A stretch of DNA of 63,994 bases, the filler included, from Piptocephalis cylindrospora (lineage: Eukaryota): the NCBI GenBank assembly GCA_003614145.1. It is 6 parts of 6 records of this genome, joined end to end, with 100 filler letters (N's around TTAATTAATTAA, not from the genome) between each part and the next. Parts side by side here need not be neighbours in the genome. Positions count along the whole stretch, not along the records: positions 1 to 10,616 come from KZ988027.1; positions 10,717 to 21,327 come from KZ988028.1; 4 more parts are not named here. The stretch is one strand, 5' to 3'. Position 1 is the stretch's first letter. The number at the start of each line of letters is the position of its first letter. Of this stretch, positions 1 to 13,379 are shown in pieces. The notes under the pieces are model-generated. The model ran no database searches and was not told where the DNA came from. It saw only the letters and a list, made by a program, of their open reading frames with translations. The translations under genes were made by a program, and so were the position numbers.

Positions 1-1643
1 GGGGGGGGGGGGGGGGGGAGGAAGGAGAAGATCGGGAGGGAGGAAAAGAGGACGAGCGGGGGGAGGAGACGTATTGGGTGGCAAGTCCCTTTTATTGGCA
101 CTGGGTGCGGAGGCATAAGCGTGCTTTTTCTATGTGAGGATGATGTGAAGAGGACCGGTTTGCCCACCCTGGGCATCTCACAGGGATGGTAGCCAGGGTA
201 GAGTAGATGAGGCAAGTGAGGACGGGAGACGCGTCTGGCGCCACGATGACGACCCTTGCCCTACATCACTCCCCCTCCTGAGATTTATCGGAAATCGAGC
301 AATAATAATGATAATCTCGAGGACTAGGTGGCGATTCTGTGGATGTATAATAGATTGACCACGGCAATGAGGCCGTTTACTTCTTCCCTTAATGGGATGG
401 ACTATGATTATTTGAATACACCCCATGCCCTGTCGGTCGTAGTACGGTAGAACCGGGGGTAAATTGGCGACTCGGAATAATATCTACCTAGGCCCTTTCA
501 TTCTCCTACTCCATGAACCGCAGAAAAAGCCCTTATTCTGATCCATAGAATGGAGATCGGGTACGGGGGTGAGGCCTCGGCCCTAAAAGCGGTCCATCTT
601 CTTACGGTTAGGTCTTTCTTCTTTCAAGTAGGCTTCATCTGGTATTCCTTTCCCATCTTGATCAAGGACCTTTCATGATGATAACCGTGTGTTTATCTGT
701 AGGAAGAGGGAAACGTGGTCCTTTTAGTTCTACATCACTTCTTCCATACCAAGAGCTATTGAAATGAATGGAAGGAATAATTCATACCCCACTGGACATT
801 CATACCCTTTAGGATTTACCAAACTGGTCCTTTCATCATGCTTCTAGTCGCCTTACCCAACGCCCTTGGGCAGCGCTTTCACTTGGCCGATCCTGCCAAT
901 CAATGCTTGTAGGGGACTTGGCCTTTATCTTACTTTTGGTATTTTGATGCCTCAAAAGATAGGGATGCTCGACTGATGATATCGCGTGTCAGTTTCGTGA
1001 CCTATTCACCCATCCATCCATCCATCTGCCCATCCAGTATGAATTAGGCCCAGAAATCCTAGAAACGGCAGCGATCTGGCGCTTCCTCTCCCAGTATCTG
1101 TTCCTCCTCCATAAGCGCGCGCGCGTCATACCTGTTCTTGGTCAGCTCATTCAAATCACCCGCTCACCCTCCCTTTTCTTACCCAGACAGGGTGCCCCAC
1201 TCGTGCACATCCCTTGGGGCGTGCAATAGCGCACATCTCCGACACGCAGTCAGCTTCTCCAATCCCTCTCCTCCACAACTCTACAACTTTCAAGATCAAG
1301 ACTTAGCGTCAGAGACACCTGGTAGAGAACGGCTGCTCATCATGTCACTTCCCGCTTCACTGACTGGCACCCATCGAGCTCCACCCTGGCGTCCCTCGGT
1401 TGCGGCTCCGCCCTGAGTCGCTTATCCGCCCATCCCGCCAGCGCCGCCTCATCGGTCCTTCCCACCATCTGTTATTGTCAATCACTTCCCCCTATCCATC
1501 CGTCAATCCATCCATCCATCCATCCATCCATCCATCCATCTTCCCAACTCTCATTCTCACCCTCTCATCCATCCACCCTTTCTTTCCTTCCTTGTCCTAC
1601 CCTTCGTCTCCTCTCCTTTCTCTCCTTCCTCACATATCACGTC

Positions 1644-3320
1644 ATGGCTGGTGTCTACAATAGGGACCACTCCGCTTCCTCCCTCTTTATCGGCGGGGAA
1701 CGCATCTCGGGACAGGAAGTCCGTTCTCAAAATGTCCTTGCTGCTTCTTCCATTGCCAATGTGGTCAAGACCTCTTTGGGACCCGTGGGTCTGGATAAGA
1801 TGCTCGTGGATGATATCGGTGATGTGACCATCAGTAACGACGGTGCTACCATCCTTTCCCTCTTGGAGGTAGAGCACCCCGCTGGTCGTGTCCTTGTCGA
1901 GCTGGCCCACCAGCAGGACAAGGAGGTCGGAGACGGGACTACATCCGTTGTTATTGTGGCTGCTGAGCTGCTCAAGCGGGCCAACGAGCTGATCCGCAAC
2001 AAGATCCACCCCACAACTGTGATCACTGGGTTTCGTCTGGCTTCCAAGGAGGCCTGTAAGTTCCTCTCCTCCCAGCTCGCCCTCCCTGTCGATTCCCTGG
2101 GCCGTCAGTGCCTCATTAACGTGGCCCGTACCAGCATGTCCTCCAAGATCATTGGACCCGATTCGGCCTTTTGGGCTGAGCTAGTTGTTGACGCCATGAC
2201 CGCTGTCAAGACCACCACCGCTGCTGGCGCCGTCAAATACCCCGTCAAGGCCGTCAACATCCTCAAGGCCCACGGAAAGAGCGCCAAGGAGAGTATGTTT
2301 GTTCGGGGTTACGCCCTCAATAACACCGTGGCCAGTCAGGCCATGCACACCCGCATCCAGGATGCTAAGATTGCCTGTCTTGACATCAATCTCATGAAGG
2401 CCCGTATGCATCTTGGGGTGAACATTGTGGTGGACAACCCTGATGAACTTGAGGCCATCCGAAAGCGTGAGATTGACATTACCATCGAGCGCATCCGCAT
2501 GATCTTGGCCGCTGGCGCCAATGTCATTTTCACCACTAAGGGTATTGATGATCTGTGCCTCAAGTGCTTCGTCGAGGCTGGGGCCATGGCCGTCCGCCGA
2601 TGCAAGAAGGACGATCTTCGTCGTATTGCCAAGGCTACCGGTGCTACCCTCATCTCCACCCTGGCCAACCTTGAGGGTGAGGAGACCTTTGAACCCTCCT
2701 ACCTCGGTCACGCTGAGGAGGTCGTCCAGGAGCGCATCTCCGATGATGAGTGTATTCTCGTTCGAGGCACCAAGGCTCAGTCCTCAGCCTCCATTATCCT
2801 ACGTGGTGCCAATGACTTCATGCTGGATGAGATGGAGCGTTCTCTACATGATTCTCTATGTGTCGTGAAGCGTACCCTGGAGAGTGGATCCGTTGTTGCG
2901 GGCGGCGGTTCGGTCGAGGCTGCGCTCTCCATCTATCTGGAGAATTTTGCCACCACCATGGCCTCTCGGGAGCAGTTGGCCATTGCCGAGTATGCTGCTT
3001 CCCTCCTTGTCATCCCCAAGACCCTGGCTGTCAATGCCGCCAAGGATTCCACCGAGCTGGTCGCTCGTCTTCGTGCCTACCACAATGCCTCTCAGGCCCC
3101 CGGAGCGGATGCCTCCAAGCTTGGCCTTCGTCACTACGGCTTGGATCTGTTGGAAGGGAAGGTGCGGGACAATGTGGCTGCTGGCGTCCTGGAGCCCACT
3201 ATGAGCAAAATTAAGAGCTTAAAGAGTGCCACGGAGGCCGCCATCGCCATCCTTCGTATCGATGATCTGATTACTTTGATCCCCGATCAGGAGGGCCAGC
3301 CTGACCCCCACGGTCATTAA
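1644..3320 (+). CDS. TCP1: T-complex protein 1 subunit alpha (CCT/TRiC chaperonin), intronless, 558 aa
   Basis: [40 protein letters not shown] and alpha-specific [12 protein letters not shown] / [13 protein letters not shown] segments. Confidence 0.97.
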   Translation: MAGVYNRDHSASSLFIGGERISGQEVRSQNVLAASSIANVVKTSLGPVGLDKMLVDDIGDVTISNDGATILSLLEVEHPAGRVLVELAHQQDKEVGDGTTSVVIVAAELLKRANELIRNKIHPTTVITGFRLASKEACKFLSSQLALPVDSLGRQCLINVARTSMSSKIIGPDSAFWAELVVDAMTAVKTTTAAGAVKYPVKAVNILKAHGKSAKESMFVRGYALNNTVASQAMHTRIQDAKIACLDINLMKARMHLGVNIVVDNPDELEAIRKREIDITIERIRMILAAGANVIFTTKGIDDLCLKCFVEAGAMAVRRCKKDDLRRIAKATGATLISTLANLEGEETFEPSYLGHAEEVVQERISDDECILVRGTKAQSSASIILRGANDFMLDEMERSLHDSLCVVKRTLESGSVVAGGGSVEAALSIYLENFATTMASREQLAIAEYAASLLVIPKTLAVNAAKDSTELVARLRAYHNASQAPGADASKLGLRHYGLDLLEGKVRDNVAAGVLEPTMSKIKSLKSATEAAIAILRIDDLITLIPDQEGQPDPHGH

Positions 3321-4316
3321 TACCCCCGAGATACGCAGGGGGAAGAGTAGGGAGAGAGGGGGAGTGAGCGAACGAGGGTTGAGTGATATAAAAAAAGAGG
3401 GAGGGGTTATTTAGTTTCTCGCTTATCTCTACTAGCTGGATGATGGACTTTCCAGGTTGAATGATGGGAGAGGTGGGCGGGGGGGGGGGAAGGGGGGGAA
3501 GGAGGAAATGGTGTGGGAACATCCACTCCTCCATTTTTCTCGGCGCAAATGGCGTGAATTTATTGAGGCACCCCGACTAGCGCGAGCGTCTGTCTAGGAC
3601 GCAAAGGTACACGGTTCACAGGTTATGTTATTGATGGAAGAGGGATGAGGTACAAGGAATAGGGGAACGCGCGACGCGACTCAACGCGTCACCCTACGCG
3701 GTGATATCACAGCACGGAAGGATTGGGGGGGAGAGGGGCAACCTTCAGGCTGGGCCTTCGTTCCCTCACATTCTCTACCGTCGCTCATCCTACTTGCCCC
3801 AGCTCCCCCACCTACCTACACACCAACACTATGGTACTAAACCCCTCGTGGGATGAGCGGGGCTGGTGTGGCCCAGACCGGGCATTATTGGCCCATAAAC
3901 AATTACTAGACCTCCACCACTCTGGCATCACACAGGTCGGCGCGGGGTGAGGTCAGGGGCCGGGTTTCGAGGAGCAGGAGGAGAGGAGGGACTGATGATG
4001 GGACGCGCGCGTGGACGACAGCAACAAACCGAGGCTAGGTGAGGCAACCCTGGACACCCGTATAAGAGAGACGGAGAGGGAGGGAGTGAGGGAATGACTC
4101 CCCCTCCCCACTCCTCACCTTGCCTTTCACTCTCACCTCTCTTTTCTTTCCTCCTCTCTTTCTACCCCTCCTTTGCCTCCTTTCTTAACAAACAAGCAAG
4201 TCGCTGCTTGGCGTCCTTCTTCCTCCTTCCTCCTTCCTCCTTCTCTCCTTCTTCCCTCTCCCTCCTTCCCGGTCCTCTTTTTATCTTATTTACATCTCGC
4301 CCTACCTTACTCCGTC

Positions 4317-7300
4317 ATGCCGTTATGGAGACGTAAACACGTCTCTCCTGTCCCGCCCCCCCAGTGCACACCTGGGACTGAGGATACCCCGGTATGGTTC
4401 ATTGAGCAGACTGGGGAGATTTTCCTCGATTATGAGTAAGTCTTCTCCGCCTCGGGATGAGTGATGTCATTTGGACCTTCCCCTATCTCAATGCTCACTC
4501 TCTTTCTCTTCTCTCGGATTACAGTGAATATCTCTCCAAAATGGCCATGTACAGCAGTCGGGCTTGGCAATGTGAACTGACGGGGAAGCTAAACCTTACA
4601 TACGCCGAGGCCTTGGAGTCAGAAGCAAGGTCTATCCGTCTGGTCCATGAACGTCTTCCCAGCAAGGCCCTTCGTCGTGCCATCTTACGTCATTCCCAGT
4701 GGAGTAAGTACTTATTGGAACTGTAATTTAAATCATGAACCCCAATCTCATGCCCCCTGCCTCCTACACACCGCTCATCCCTTCCCATTTCCCCTTCAGA
4801 GACTCAGAGGTACGAGCTCATTGTCGATGACGTTCTTAAACGTCTGGCTAATCGGTACTTTACCGATGAAATTTTGAATTTTACCAATGATCAAGGGCAA
4901 CTGTATGTTTTTCCGTTACTTGCTATTCCTCCTTTGCACAATTCCTCTAATCTTCCTTCCTACCCCACCCGGACAGTGAGCCAGTCAAGGTCATGCAGGT
5001 CCTTCCTCGTCGATCCAGAGCTTCCTTGATGCACATCCTGAACGATGTCCCGGCCTCCTCGGTTCAGACTGCTGAGGAGGATGATGATGAAGTGGAATAT
5101 CGTGTGTCTCGCCTTGGTATCTCTCAGCTCGGGACAACATCTCCCAACGATGCAGGAGGCTCCTTTGAGTGGATTACGGATGCTTCCACTGTATCGTAAG
5201 TGAATCCCATCTTCTCTCGTGCTTCACTCTTCTCCTAACAATCCATAACACTCGTTTCGGACCTTCTACTAGCCGTATAAGAAATGTCCTTTCTAGAGGC
5301 ATTGTTCTCCAATTTCTTCGGTACGCCTTTCACCGAGACTCCTACGTCAATGCACCCTTGGTCATTAAGGTGAGAATCTAGGTATGCTTCCTTTTTATTG
5401 ACCTAGCGCACTCTACTCACCCTCCCTTCCCCCCATCTCCCTCCTCTTTCTATTTTTTTCCCCAATAGCCAGCATTGGCCATAGGGTACTCGGTAGATGC
5501 CACCCCACCACCTTGGTATCTTGAGGAGATCAAAAGAATGATGGAGAGGAAGAAGGGCAAGGGAAAGTCTGGAACCATCCTTTCCACTGGACTGATACGG
5601 TATCTTGGTCTGGAAACCCATTTACAACCTCAAGGCCTGGGTGATCAGGACCTTTCTCGTCCAATCAAGAAGAAACACAAGAAGCAACATGGTCCAGATT
5701 TATCCGGAAATAATCTCCACGCCTATTTCCAAGCCACTTCCGGCCCTGGACAGCAATCTGGTCTTCCTGGGCTTTTTTCCCGTCCCGGGGGCATTGCATC
5801 TCTACATCAGAGTCCTGGGAAGAATGGCCCTATATCTGGAAAAAATGGGGAGTGGAAGCCTGTGCCTGGTAGGTTAGAGCGATGACGAAAGGAAAACCCT
5901 TTTTACTCCCCTTTCCTTTCCCCTTATCTCACCCACTCCCTTCTTTTACTTTCTGTGGTTTTGGATAGAGCCGATAAAGTACCCGGTCGAGGATCTGAAC
6001 CTCTATAATCCGCTTCACGCCATTAAGGGTGCAGAATTCCCTCGGAGGCTGACTCAAGAGGATATTTTTCCCTCTCATCTTCGCCCGGGCCTGGAGCCCT
6101 ATTTTGGATCTATCCTCGAGATTTGGCTTTTCCTTTCTTCCTTTGCGTAAGTGGCCTCTCCGATGCTCAGAAATGATATGGGGAAAGCAGTAGGAGGTTT
6201 CAACCCATCTTTAATGTTCTGTTTCATCTCCACTCCATCCAGAGTTCCCTTATCACTTTCCCCCTTTTCCCTGGGAGACTTTCGTGCTAGCCTCCATCAC
6301 CATTCCCTTGAACCCCCTAGTCCTCTGTGGCAATCCATCAATGTGGCTTTGGTTAGGGCTTTAGCAGTGGAAAGAAATACCATCCAAGCTCATCGTATGG
6401 CCCTTCTAATGGTGGAGAGGAAGCGTGAAGCCGTCAAGGAGCGTGTCCTGGCCAACTCTGCTGGCGGGGACGAGGATGATGAGGATGAAGACGGTGGGAC
6501 TGAGGAGGATGAAGATGACGATGAGGAGGAAGAGGAAGAGGAGGAAGAGGAGGAGGAAGAAGAGGAAGAGAGCGAGAACTCAGATGATGAATCGACTGGG
6601 AGCCAGGAAGCCGGAGCAACTTCCTCCTCTTCCAAGTCTCAAGCCAAACATCGATCCTCCTCGACTGGGTATCAGCCTCTACCGGTTATCCAGAGGAAGG
6701 CCAAGACAGACAAATGGTCCCATGGGTCCATTGTTGAGGGGAGTGACTCGGATTGGGCTTCCCGGGTCGCCATGTGCTTGCGAGATCTTGGGAAGGAGGG
6801 GTCAATTCCTGATCTTCGTCGGATCCTAGAGCATGTGACAGCCACAGGCCTGGAGACGGAGGATATCACTGCCCAGTACCACTTACTCGACCCAAAGGAT
6901 AAAGTGACTATCCTCCAGTGGATGGTCGACACTTTGGGGGATACTCCAACCATCCGAGGCTACATGGATGAGTGTATGGAAGAGGCCACGGAGTTCCGAA
7001 AGGAACGGGTAGAGCTTGGTCGGGAACGAAGGAAATTAGCCTCTGAGCGTGATGCCTGGGAGAAGCGCATCAAGGCTGAGGACGCAGAGGCAGGAGATGG
7101 GTTTGGGATGGGTGGTGGGAGTACTGGGGCCTCCACGCCCAATGGTGGGGCCGCTTCCCCCAAATCCTCTGATCTTATGGATCGAGAGGATAGGGAGGAA
7201 TCCTCCACTCCCCCGGGCACTCCGGAGGGAGGAGGGATGGGAGCCCCCACGGGCACCACTAGTCGTCGGGCCATCCTCCACCAAAAGGCCGTGGCTCGTA

Positions 7301-8079
7301 TGCAGGAGGAACGGGAGAGGCTTCGGGAGGGTGAGAGGCAAAAGGAGCGGATGCGAGCCAAGAGACGCTTTGACGATGAAGATCGATCCTTATCTCGGAA
7401 GGAGGAGCAAGTCCAACGGGAGATCCGTCGGTGCACTGCGAAGAGACCCCGGTCCCTAGGGAGGGATCGTTGGTGGAGACGATACTGGTGGTTTGGAGAG
7501 GTAGCAGGGCTCAAAGAGGCCTCTGATCCCGCCGTCCTTTATGTTGAGCCCTGCAGTATATATGAACGCAAGGCCATTGAAGCTTGGCGAAAATCCCGTG
7601 GTCTGAAGCCTGAGGAGGAGGAGCTTGAGAAGCAAGAAATTAAGAAAGAGGATGTGGAAATGGCACAAGTCAAGGTCGAGAGCACGGGTGGAGGGGATGG
7701 GGACGTATCGATGGAAGAAGCTGCTGATGTCGACCTCAAGGAAGATCTACAGGGCAAGGGGGAATGGCTAAGTGTGGATTCGGCAGAAGCTTTAGAATCC
7801 TTGATTCAATGGCTGGATCGACGAGGTGTCCGAGAACAGGCTTTGCGCAAAGCCCTGGAAAAGGGCCAAGAAGAGATGGCTAGCGCTATGGAGGAGCGGG
7901 ATCGAGAGGCCATGCTTCGAGAAGAACGAGATGCAAATGTCGAAGGGGGAGGTCGACGATCGGGTCTACGAAGGGCTCGGAATCAACATGGTGCATCGGG
8001 GCGCGGGGCCTATCGGACTGGGCATCTTGCCTACCAAAACCAATGGCGGGAGGAGTCCGATTCAGACCGAAGACGATGA
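4317..8079 (+). CDS. ITC1: ISWI-complex accessory subunit Itc1/ACF1-like (WAC, DDT, WHIM/WSD regions), multi-exon
   Basis: ATG 4317 MPLWRRK..VWFIEQTGEIFLDY spliced (intron 4436-4524) to DEYLSKMAMYSSRAWQCELTGKLNLTYAEALESE = WAC domain; later KYPVEDL, DDT-like ILEIWLFLSSF, LGRDRWWRRYWWF and LIQWLDRRGVREQAL; several short GT-AG introns; final exon from ~6243. Confidence 0.9.
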
Positions 8080-8272
8080 GAGCGCAAAAAAGAAGGACGA
8101 AGCTTTAAGCACACTGAGGGATATATGGGTTGAGGAGTGACTGGGATGGGGCGGGAAAATACATTTTATGCGCATACGTTAAATCGTTGGGAGGGGATGG
8201 GATAGTAGGGATGTATTATCCCGGGAGAAAAGGGCATTTTAATGAATATGGAAAATGTGCGGCCCATACACG

Positions 8273-9671
8273 TTAACCGACACGGCCACGAAGGAAAACT
8301 CGGAGACTCTCCCAGGTGACATCGTATTCCTGAATGTCATTGTGGGTAGCGTGAGTGAGCTCGAGAAAAAGAATATGCCTGTGGTGATCAGCGACATGCA
8401 AGACATTGTATGCATTGGGAATGGAAACGAGGGGAAAGGAGGCCTCCTCGAGGAGTACTTCTTCCCCGGACTCGCCCACGATCGGGCCCAGGAGAAGGTC
8501 ACGAAGGCGATGAGCATGATCCACGGGGATTTGGTCATCACGAGTCCCGTGCAGGATGGCCACATCACACTGAATCATGGGAAGATAGTGATGGGTGGAA
8601 AAGTGGGTATCCATGATACGGGAGATAAAACTGTTGATGCCTGGTAGATACCGAAGGGGACCAAAGAGGGGTAAGAAGCGGAAGAAGCGAAAGTCCGTGA
8701 CTACCTCGGGAAGTGACGTATAGGGAGACTTGAGGAGAAGGGCTCGGGGTCCAGCGGATACTCCCCCCTCCTGTTGGAGGGAATGGGTTAAGCGAGTCGC
8801 CACACCCGTACCCAGGGAGTGTCCAAGAAGAGTAATCCGCTGGGCGGGAACCCCATGACCCCGGAGCCAGTCCCAAGCCGAGCGAGCATCCTGGATAAGG
8901 CCTTCCTCTGAGGGCGTGCCTTCAGATCCTCCAAAGCCCCGATAGTCCAGGATTAAGGCATTCATACCCATATACTCGGAGATCCGACGACAAGTGTGCA
9001 TGCGTGGACCCAGGGCCATGTTTCCGGCATTCCCATGCAGATAGATGACCGTTTCTCTCTCTGCCAGGGCGCGATCTAGGAGGGCCTTGCCCTCGGGCTC
9101 AGGATTGGGGGTATCCACCTCATGATGGTACAGATCCAAGGGAAGGAAAAGAAAGGCTCCTAGAGGGAGGGATTATGAGTGAGGGAATGGGCAATGGAAG
9201 TTAACTAGTGATTCTAAATGACTTACGGAGCCGGACATCATCCATAGTCACCAATTCTAGGGGACGAACCCTCCCACCTAGGATCGAGAAAGGATGGTCA
9301 ATCTAGGGATAGTCACCTGTGTAGTATATGTTTTCTTCATTCTTACGAGCAAAGCCTAAGGATTCAGGCTGAGAGAAGTTGACTCCAAGCGGAAAGTTGA
9401 GCCCATTCATATATACCAGACTTCTTTGGGGCCCAGGGAGGCAAGCAACGAGGATCAGGGCCTAGAGGGGATATTTGGGAGGGGTAAGCGGAGGAAGCCC
9501 AAATTCAGGGATAAGTCAGTTTACCGCATAGAAAAGAGGAATAAGAGCTAGGAACTGAAGGCAGCGGGTAGCATTGCGCCTCTTGACGGATGAGGTCGGG
9601 CGAGAGATAGGCCGGGCATCAGGTCGACTGACTGAAGCATCAGGGATCTCGTCCATGAGTGATACAGACAT
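8273..9671 (-). CDS. ABHD12/ABHD13-like membrane-anchored alpha/beta hydrolase, multi-exon
   Basis: YLHGNAG, DYRGFGGSEGTPSEEGL, nucleophile GHSLGTGVA, ILHGTRDDQIP, THNDI; upstream exons give MSVSLMDE..hydrophobic segment..LVYMNGLNFP; start codon inferred. Confidence 0.85.
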
Positions 9672-10187
9672 GATTGATGAAGAGGGAAATAAGATGGGTG
9701 GGTGAAGGAGAGTCTAGGATGATAAGAATAATGGGGTTGGAGGGAGAGTAATTTATTCATCGGATTCTCGGGTACAATCCTAGAGTACCAACCCCAACTG
9801 TGGGTCACGACCATATACCCATGGGGTATGTGCTGAGGTCATTATTCCAGCACGGTGCCTGTCATCGTTTGCCTGGGCCCGAGATACTTGCCCCGGGTGT
9901 CGGAGAAATAACAGACCGCCTTATCGCTGCCAAGTGACGTGTGCCTGTGCAAAATCTGCGGAAGGTAGAATAATGTGTGTGATGTGCAGGAGCGGCTCAT
10001 CTCTCCAGGGATGGTTTTAATGTTGGGGATGCTTATCCATTTACGGATAGATCACTTGACAGCATAAGATAAGTGGGTATTGCAAGTCATTCAGTGCATT
10101 GGCATTTTTCAAGACTCGCTCACATTCAGAGAACATGTACAGGAGACCCCCCCCCCTCTCTCTCGTTCCTACAGCCCACATCCTGGA

Positions 10188-10595
10188 TCATTTGCGCCAG
10201 TACTGAGCCCACTTGTGAATGGTCTCGATGACTTGAGGGAAGAGAGCACTGACACTTTCGTTGATCAGGACCTGAAAGTACTGGATAGCTTCCTCCTCCG
10301 AGAGATCCAAGCGGAACTTATCCTGGACCTACACTCAGAAATATGTAGAGGTTTAAAGAGAGGGAGGAAGAAAAGAGCACACTGGGGGTATCTCTCCCCC
10401 ACCTACCTTCAGAACAGCCTTGTCGGGTTCAATGGCAATATCGGGGATGTTTGCATTAACCATAAGAGAAAAAAGATTAAGAATGAGGTTGGAAGAGCGT
10501 CGAAGAATAGAAAAGGCCACAAAGCAGTAAGAGCGGAAGTTTTGGTAGTAGGGCGAATTCGCCCCACCCATCCCTTCGACCATTTCCTTGGAAAT
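10188..10595 (-). CDS. VPS34: Class III PI3-kinase Vps34, last two exons (5' part beyond contig end)
   Basis: Exons 10595-10407 and 10328-10188 give [70 protein letters not shown]. Confidence 0.93.
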
Positions 10596-10616
10596 CTACC
10601 ATGAAAGGAAAAGAGG

Positions 10617-10716
10617 NNNNNNNNNNNNNNNNNNNNNNNNNNNNNNNNNNNNNNNNNNNNTTAATTAATTAANNNNNNNNNNNNNNNNNNNNNNNNNNNN
10701 NNNNNNNNNNNNNNNN
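10617..10716. other. Artificial contig spacer N44-TTAATTAATTAA-N44
   Basis: 100-nt linker with stops in all six frames; identical copies elsewhere in the window. Confidence 0.99.
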
Positions 10717-10743
10717 CCCCCCCTAAACCCTCGTCCCCACCAG

Positions 10744-11578
10744 CCCTAACATGGGAGGAAAAAGTACGTTTCTCCGACAAAATGCTCTCATTACGCTTCT
10801 GGCCCAGATTGGATCATATGTCCCGGCCGACCAAGCCACCATCTCCATAGCTGATGCCCTCTTCACCCGGATTGGTGCAGCGGACAATTTGGCCCAGGAC
10901 CAGTCCACCTTTTTGGTGGAAATGCTAGAGACGGCCCACATCCTCAAGACCGCCACCCCTAATTCCATGGTAAGGAAAAAAAGAAAAGATGGCCTTGTTT
11001 CCCCCTGCCTCGCCTCACCTCACCTCACACAATCCCTTTGCCAAGGTCATCATGGATGAGGTTGGGAGAGGGACCTCCATCGCCGATGGATTCGCCTTGG
11101 CTTCAGCCACCCTTCACTACCTATCCAGGAACCTAGGATGTCGAACCTTCTTTGCCACTCACTTTCATGAACTAGCCAACCAGATCCAGGAAATGGATGA
11201 GCAAGATACTCCAGTGGCATGCCATCACACCACCATCGTTCAAGTCGAGGTAAGGCTATGGAATTTCGTGGAAGAGGGTAAAGATCCTACTCCATCTCTG
11301 ATTCGCCTCATCACCCTGCATGTATCAGAACGGATTTCGCTTTGATCATCGAGTCTCCCCAGGAGTTTCGCACATGTCACACGGCCTAATTGTTGCCCAA
11401 ATGGCCGGTCAGTCCACGAAAATGGAGTCTGCTAGGAAAGAGAGAGGGATCAGAGATACTGACCATGATCTCCCCACCTATAGGCATCCCTGCTCAGGTT
11501 ATCGAGTATGCCAAGCACGTTAATGAGACCAACTCCGCATCACTCCAGAGGAAGGAGACCTCTGATGAGAGAAATTGA
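10744..11578 (+). CDS. MSH1: MutS-family ATPase domain, most like mitochondrial Msh1; 3' fragment, four exons
   Basis: (G)[65 protein letters not shown]; introns start at 10970, 11250, 11408. Confidence 0.85.
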
Positions 11579-11915
11579 TGACCAGCTATTGTGCCTTTAA
11601 GACCTAACGAGCTTTCTCCTGTTATTATTATTACTATTACTGTAATTGTAGTTGTGTTCTTCATGGCCTATTTGATAGGATGAGTATCATCCTCCAGGCC
11701 ATGCATGTGTCCCTCCGTCCACTATCTAAGTGCCAGATGTAGATAACAAACACAACAAGCACATCAAAAGCAACAAGGCGTAGACAGAAGATAGAGGTGG
11801 CTAGAAGGTTCATGCTATTCCCATGGACCTACAGACCCTGTCTCCCAAAGGAAAGGAGTCGATCCGGGAAGCCAGAGTGGTTGACAAAGGAACTAGGGGG
11901 CGTGTGCACTTGTCT

Positions 11916-12419
11916 TTACTCGGCACGACGTCCACCACGGAACTCGGGGCGGAATTCACCGGAAGGAGCACCCTCCTTCTTACGGTACTCACCGTCACCA
12001 CGGGGGGCACGGTAGGCACCGCCCTCACGGCGACCCTCAGCTGTAAAGGAAGATAAGGTGAGGTGAGATGGATTCGTACTTCCCTGCAAGGATGCAAACT
12101 ACAATGACTTACTAGGGCGGGTACCGACGGGACGGGCAGCCTTCTTGTGGGTGGCAGGGACAATCTCCTCGGGGAGATGGAGGAACTCACGGAGGTAGTC
12201 CAGACCCTCGGAGGTAAGGACGTAGTAGTAGTACTGCCAGGAGAACTGGGTCTTGACGAAACCCTTGGATTTGAAGGACTGCATAGCTTTAATGACCTGG
12301 AGGTTGGGGACCTCGATCTCGGGATGCTGGGGAAGCTCAAAATCCTTCTTGGCGACGAGGACTCCCTCGCGGAAGAGGTGCTCGTAGATGAGCTTGCGGT
12401 TCTGCTTGGTGATGATCAT
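11916..12419 (-). CDS. RPS10: 40S ribosomal protein eS10, two exons (intron 12041-12112)
   Basis: [64 protein letters not shown]; exon 2 ..[19 protein letters not shown]. Confidence 0.97.
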
Positions 12420-13379
12420 GTTGGGCTGAAAAAAGGTGGTCTGAGCTGAGGAAGAGGAAGAAGAGAGTGAGTATAGGAAGAAGAAAGGGTAGGGATGAGG
12501 AGAGGCGCAATAGTCGAGATCAACGCGTTAATCAACACCACTCCGCATGGTGCTGCATGGAGAGACAACCCCACAACATCTCCATCTTCCCTCAGGTAGG
12601 AGAAGCCTGATGAAGAGGGCCTAAATACTTGGCCAACCCGACTAGATAGCTCACGCCTACATGATGACAGGGCCTTTCCCTTCCCATCTAGTTTCTCTCT
12701 CCTCCATAGCTTTACGGTCCAATGCGTCAAGGGATATAGCCTCAACCCACTTCGTCCAGTCATAGTCTACCTGTTCCAGTAAGGCCCTAGATATCCTTGC
12801 ACACCATCCTAATTCCATGCACCATGTAGCCCTCACCCATCCCGAACCGCCATCCCTCCTACCCATCCATCCATCTATCTTCCCTCTCTCCCCACCCCAT
12901 CCATCCATCCATCCATCCATCCAGTCATGTACCTCGGGCGATAGTAGATTCTTAGAATGATTAATCCAAGAAGATAACGGGGGCAACTTACACGCAAGCG
13001 TTCCTACAATGGGAGATCACACAACCGGACCGTAAGAAAGGGCGATGTGGAAAGGGAGAGGAGGAGTCGACCGGGCCGAAGGGGGAAGCGCCTCGCCACT
13101 GTGTGCTGGGTATGGTGTCTCCCCACCACACGGTGAGGAGTGGGCGAGGGGGGGAGGGGGGGCGTAGGGCCAGGGCAATTCACGCCCATTAACAACACAA
13201 CCGTGATTGCGAGGCTGTGTGTGTACAGATTACATGAATTTTGGTCTAACTTTGAATGAAAAAAGACTCAAAATTTCACACGGACTTGTCAACAAGACCA
13301 CCGCGCGGCAGGTTTGCTTTATTCACTGACACTGTCATACCCTGTCTCTTGGATGATTCCTCGTAAGACAATAAATTTT

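Noticed and set aside
9812..9832. Small imperfect palindrome CATATACCC-ATG-GGGTATGTG upstream of the hydrolase
   Set aside because: A short imperfect hairpin is expected by chance in 64 kb; no supporting context
10717..10731. Telomere-like CCCTAAACCCT at a contig start
   Set aside because: Single unit inside the intron preceding an MSH1 exon; no tandem array
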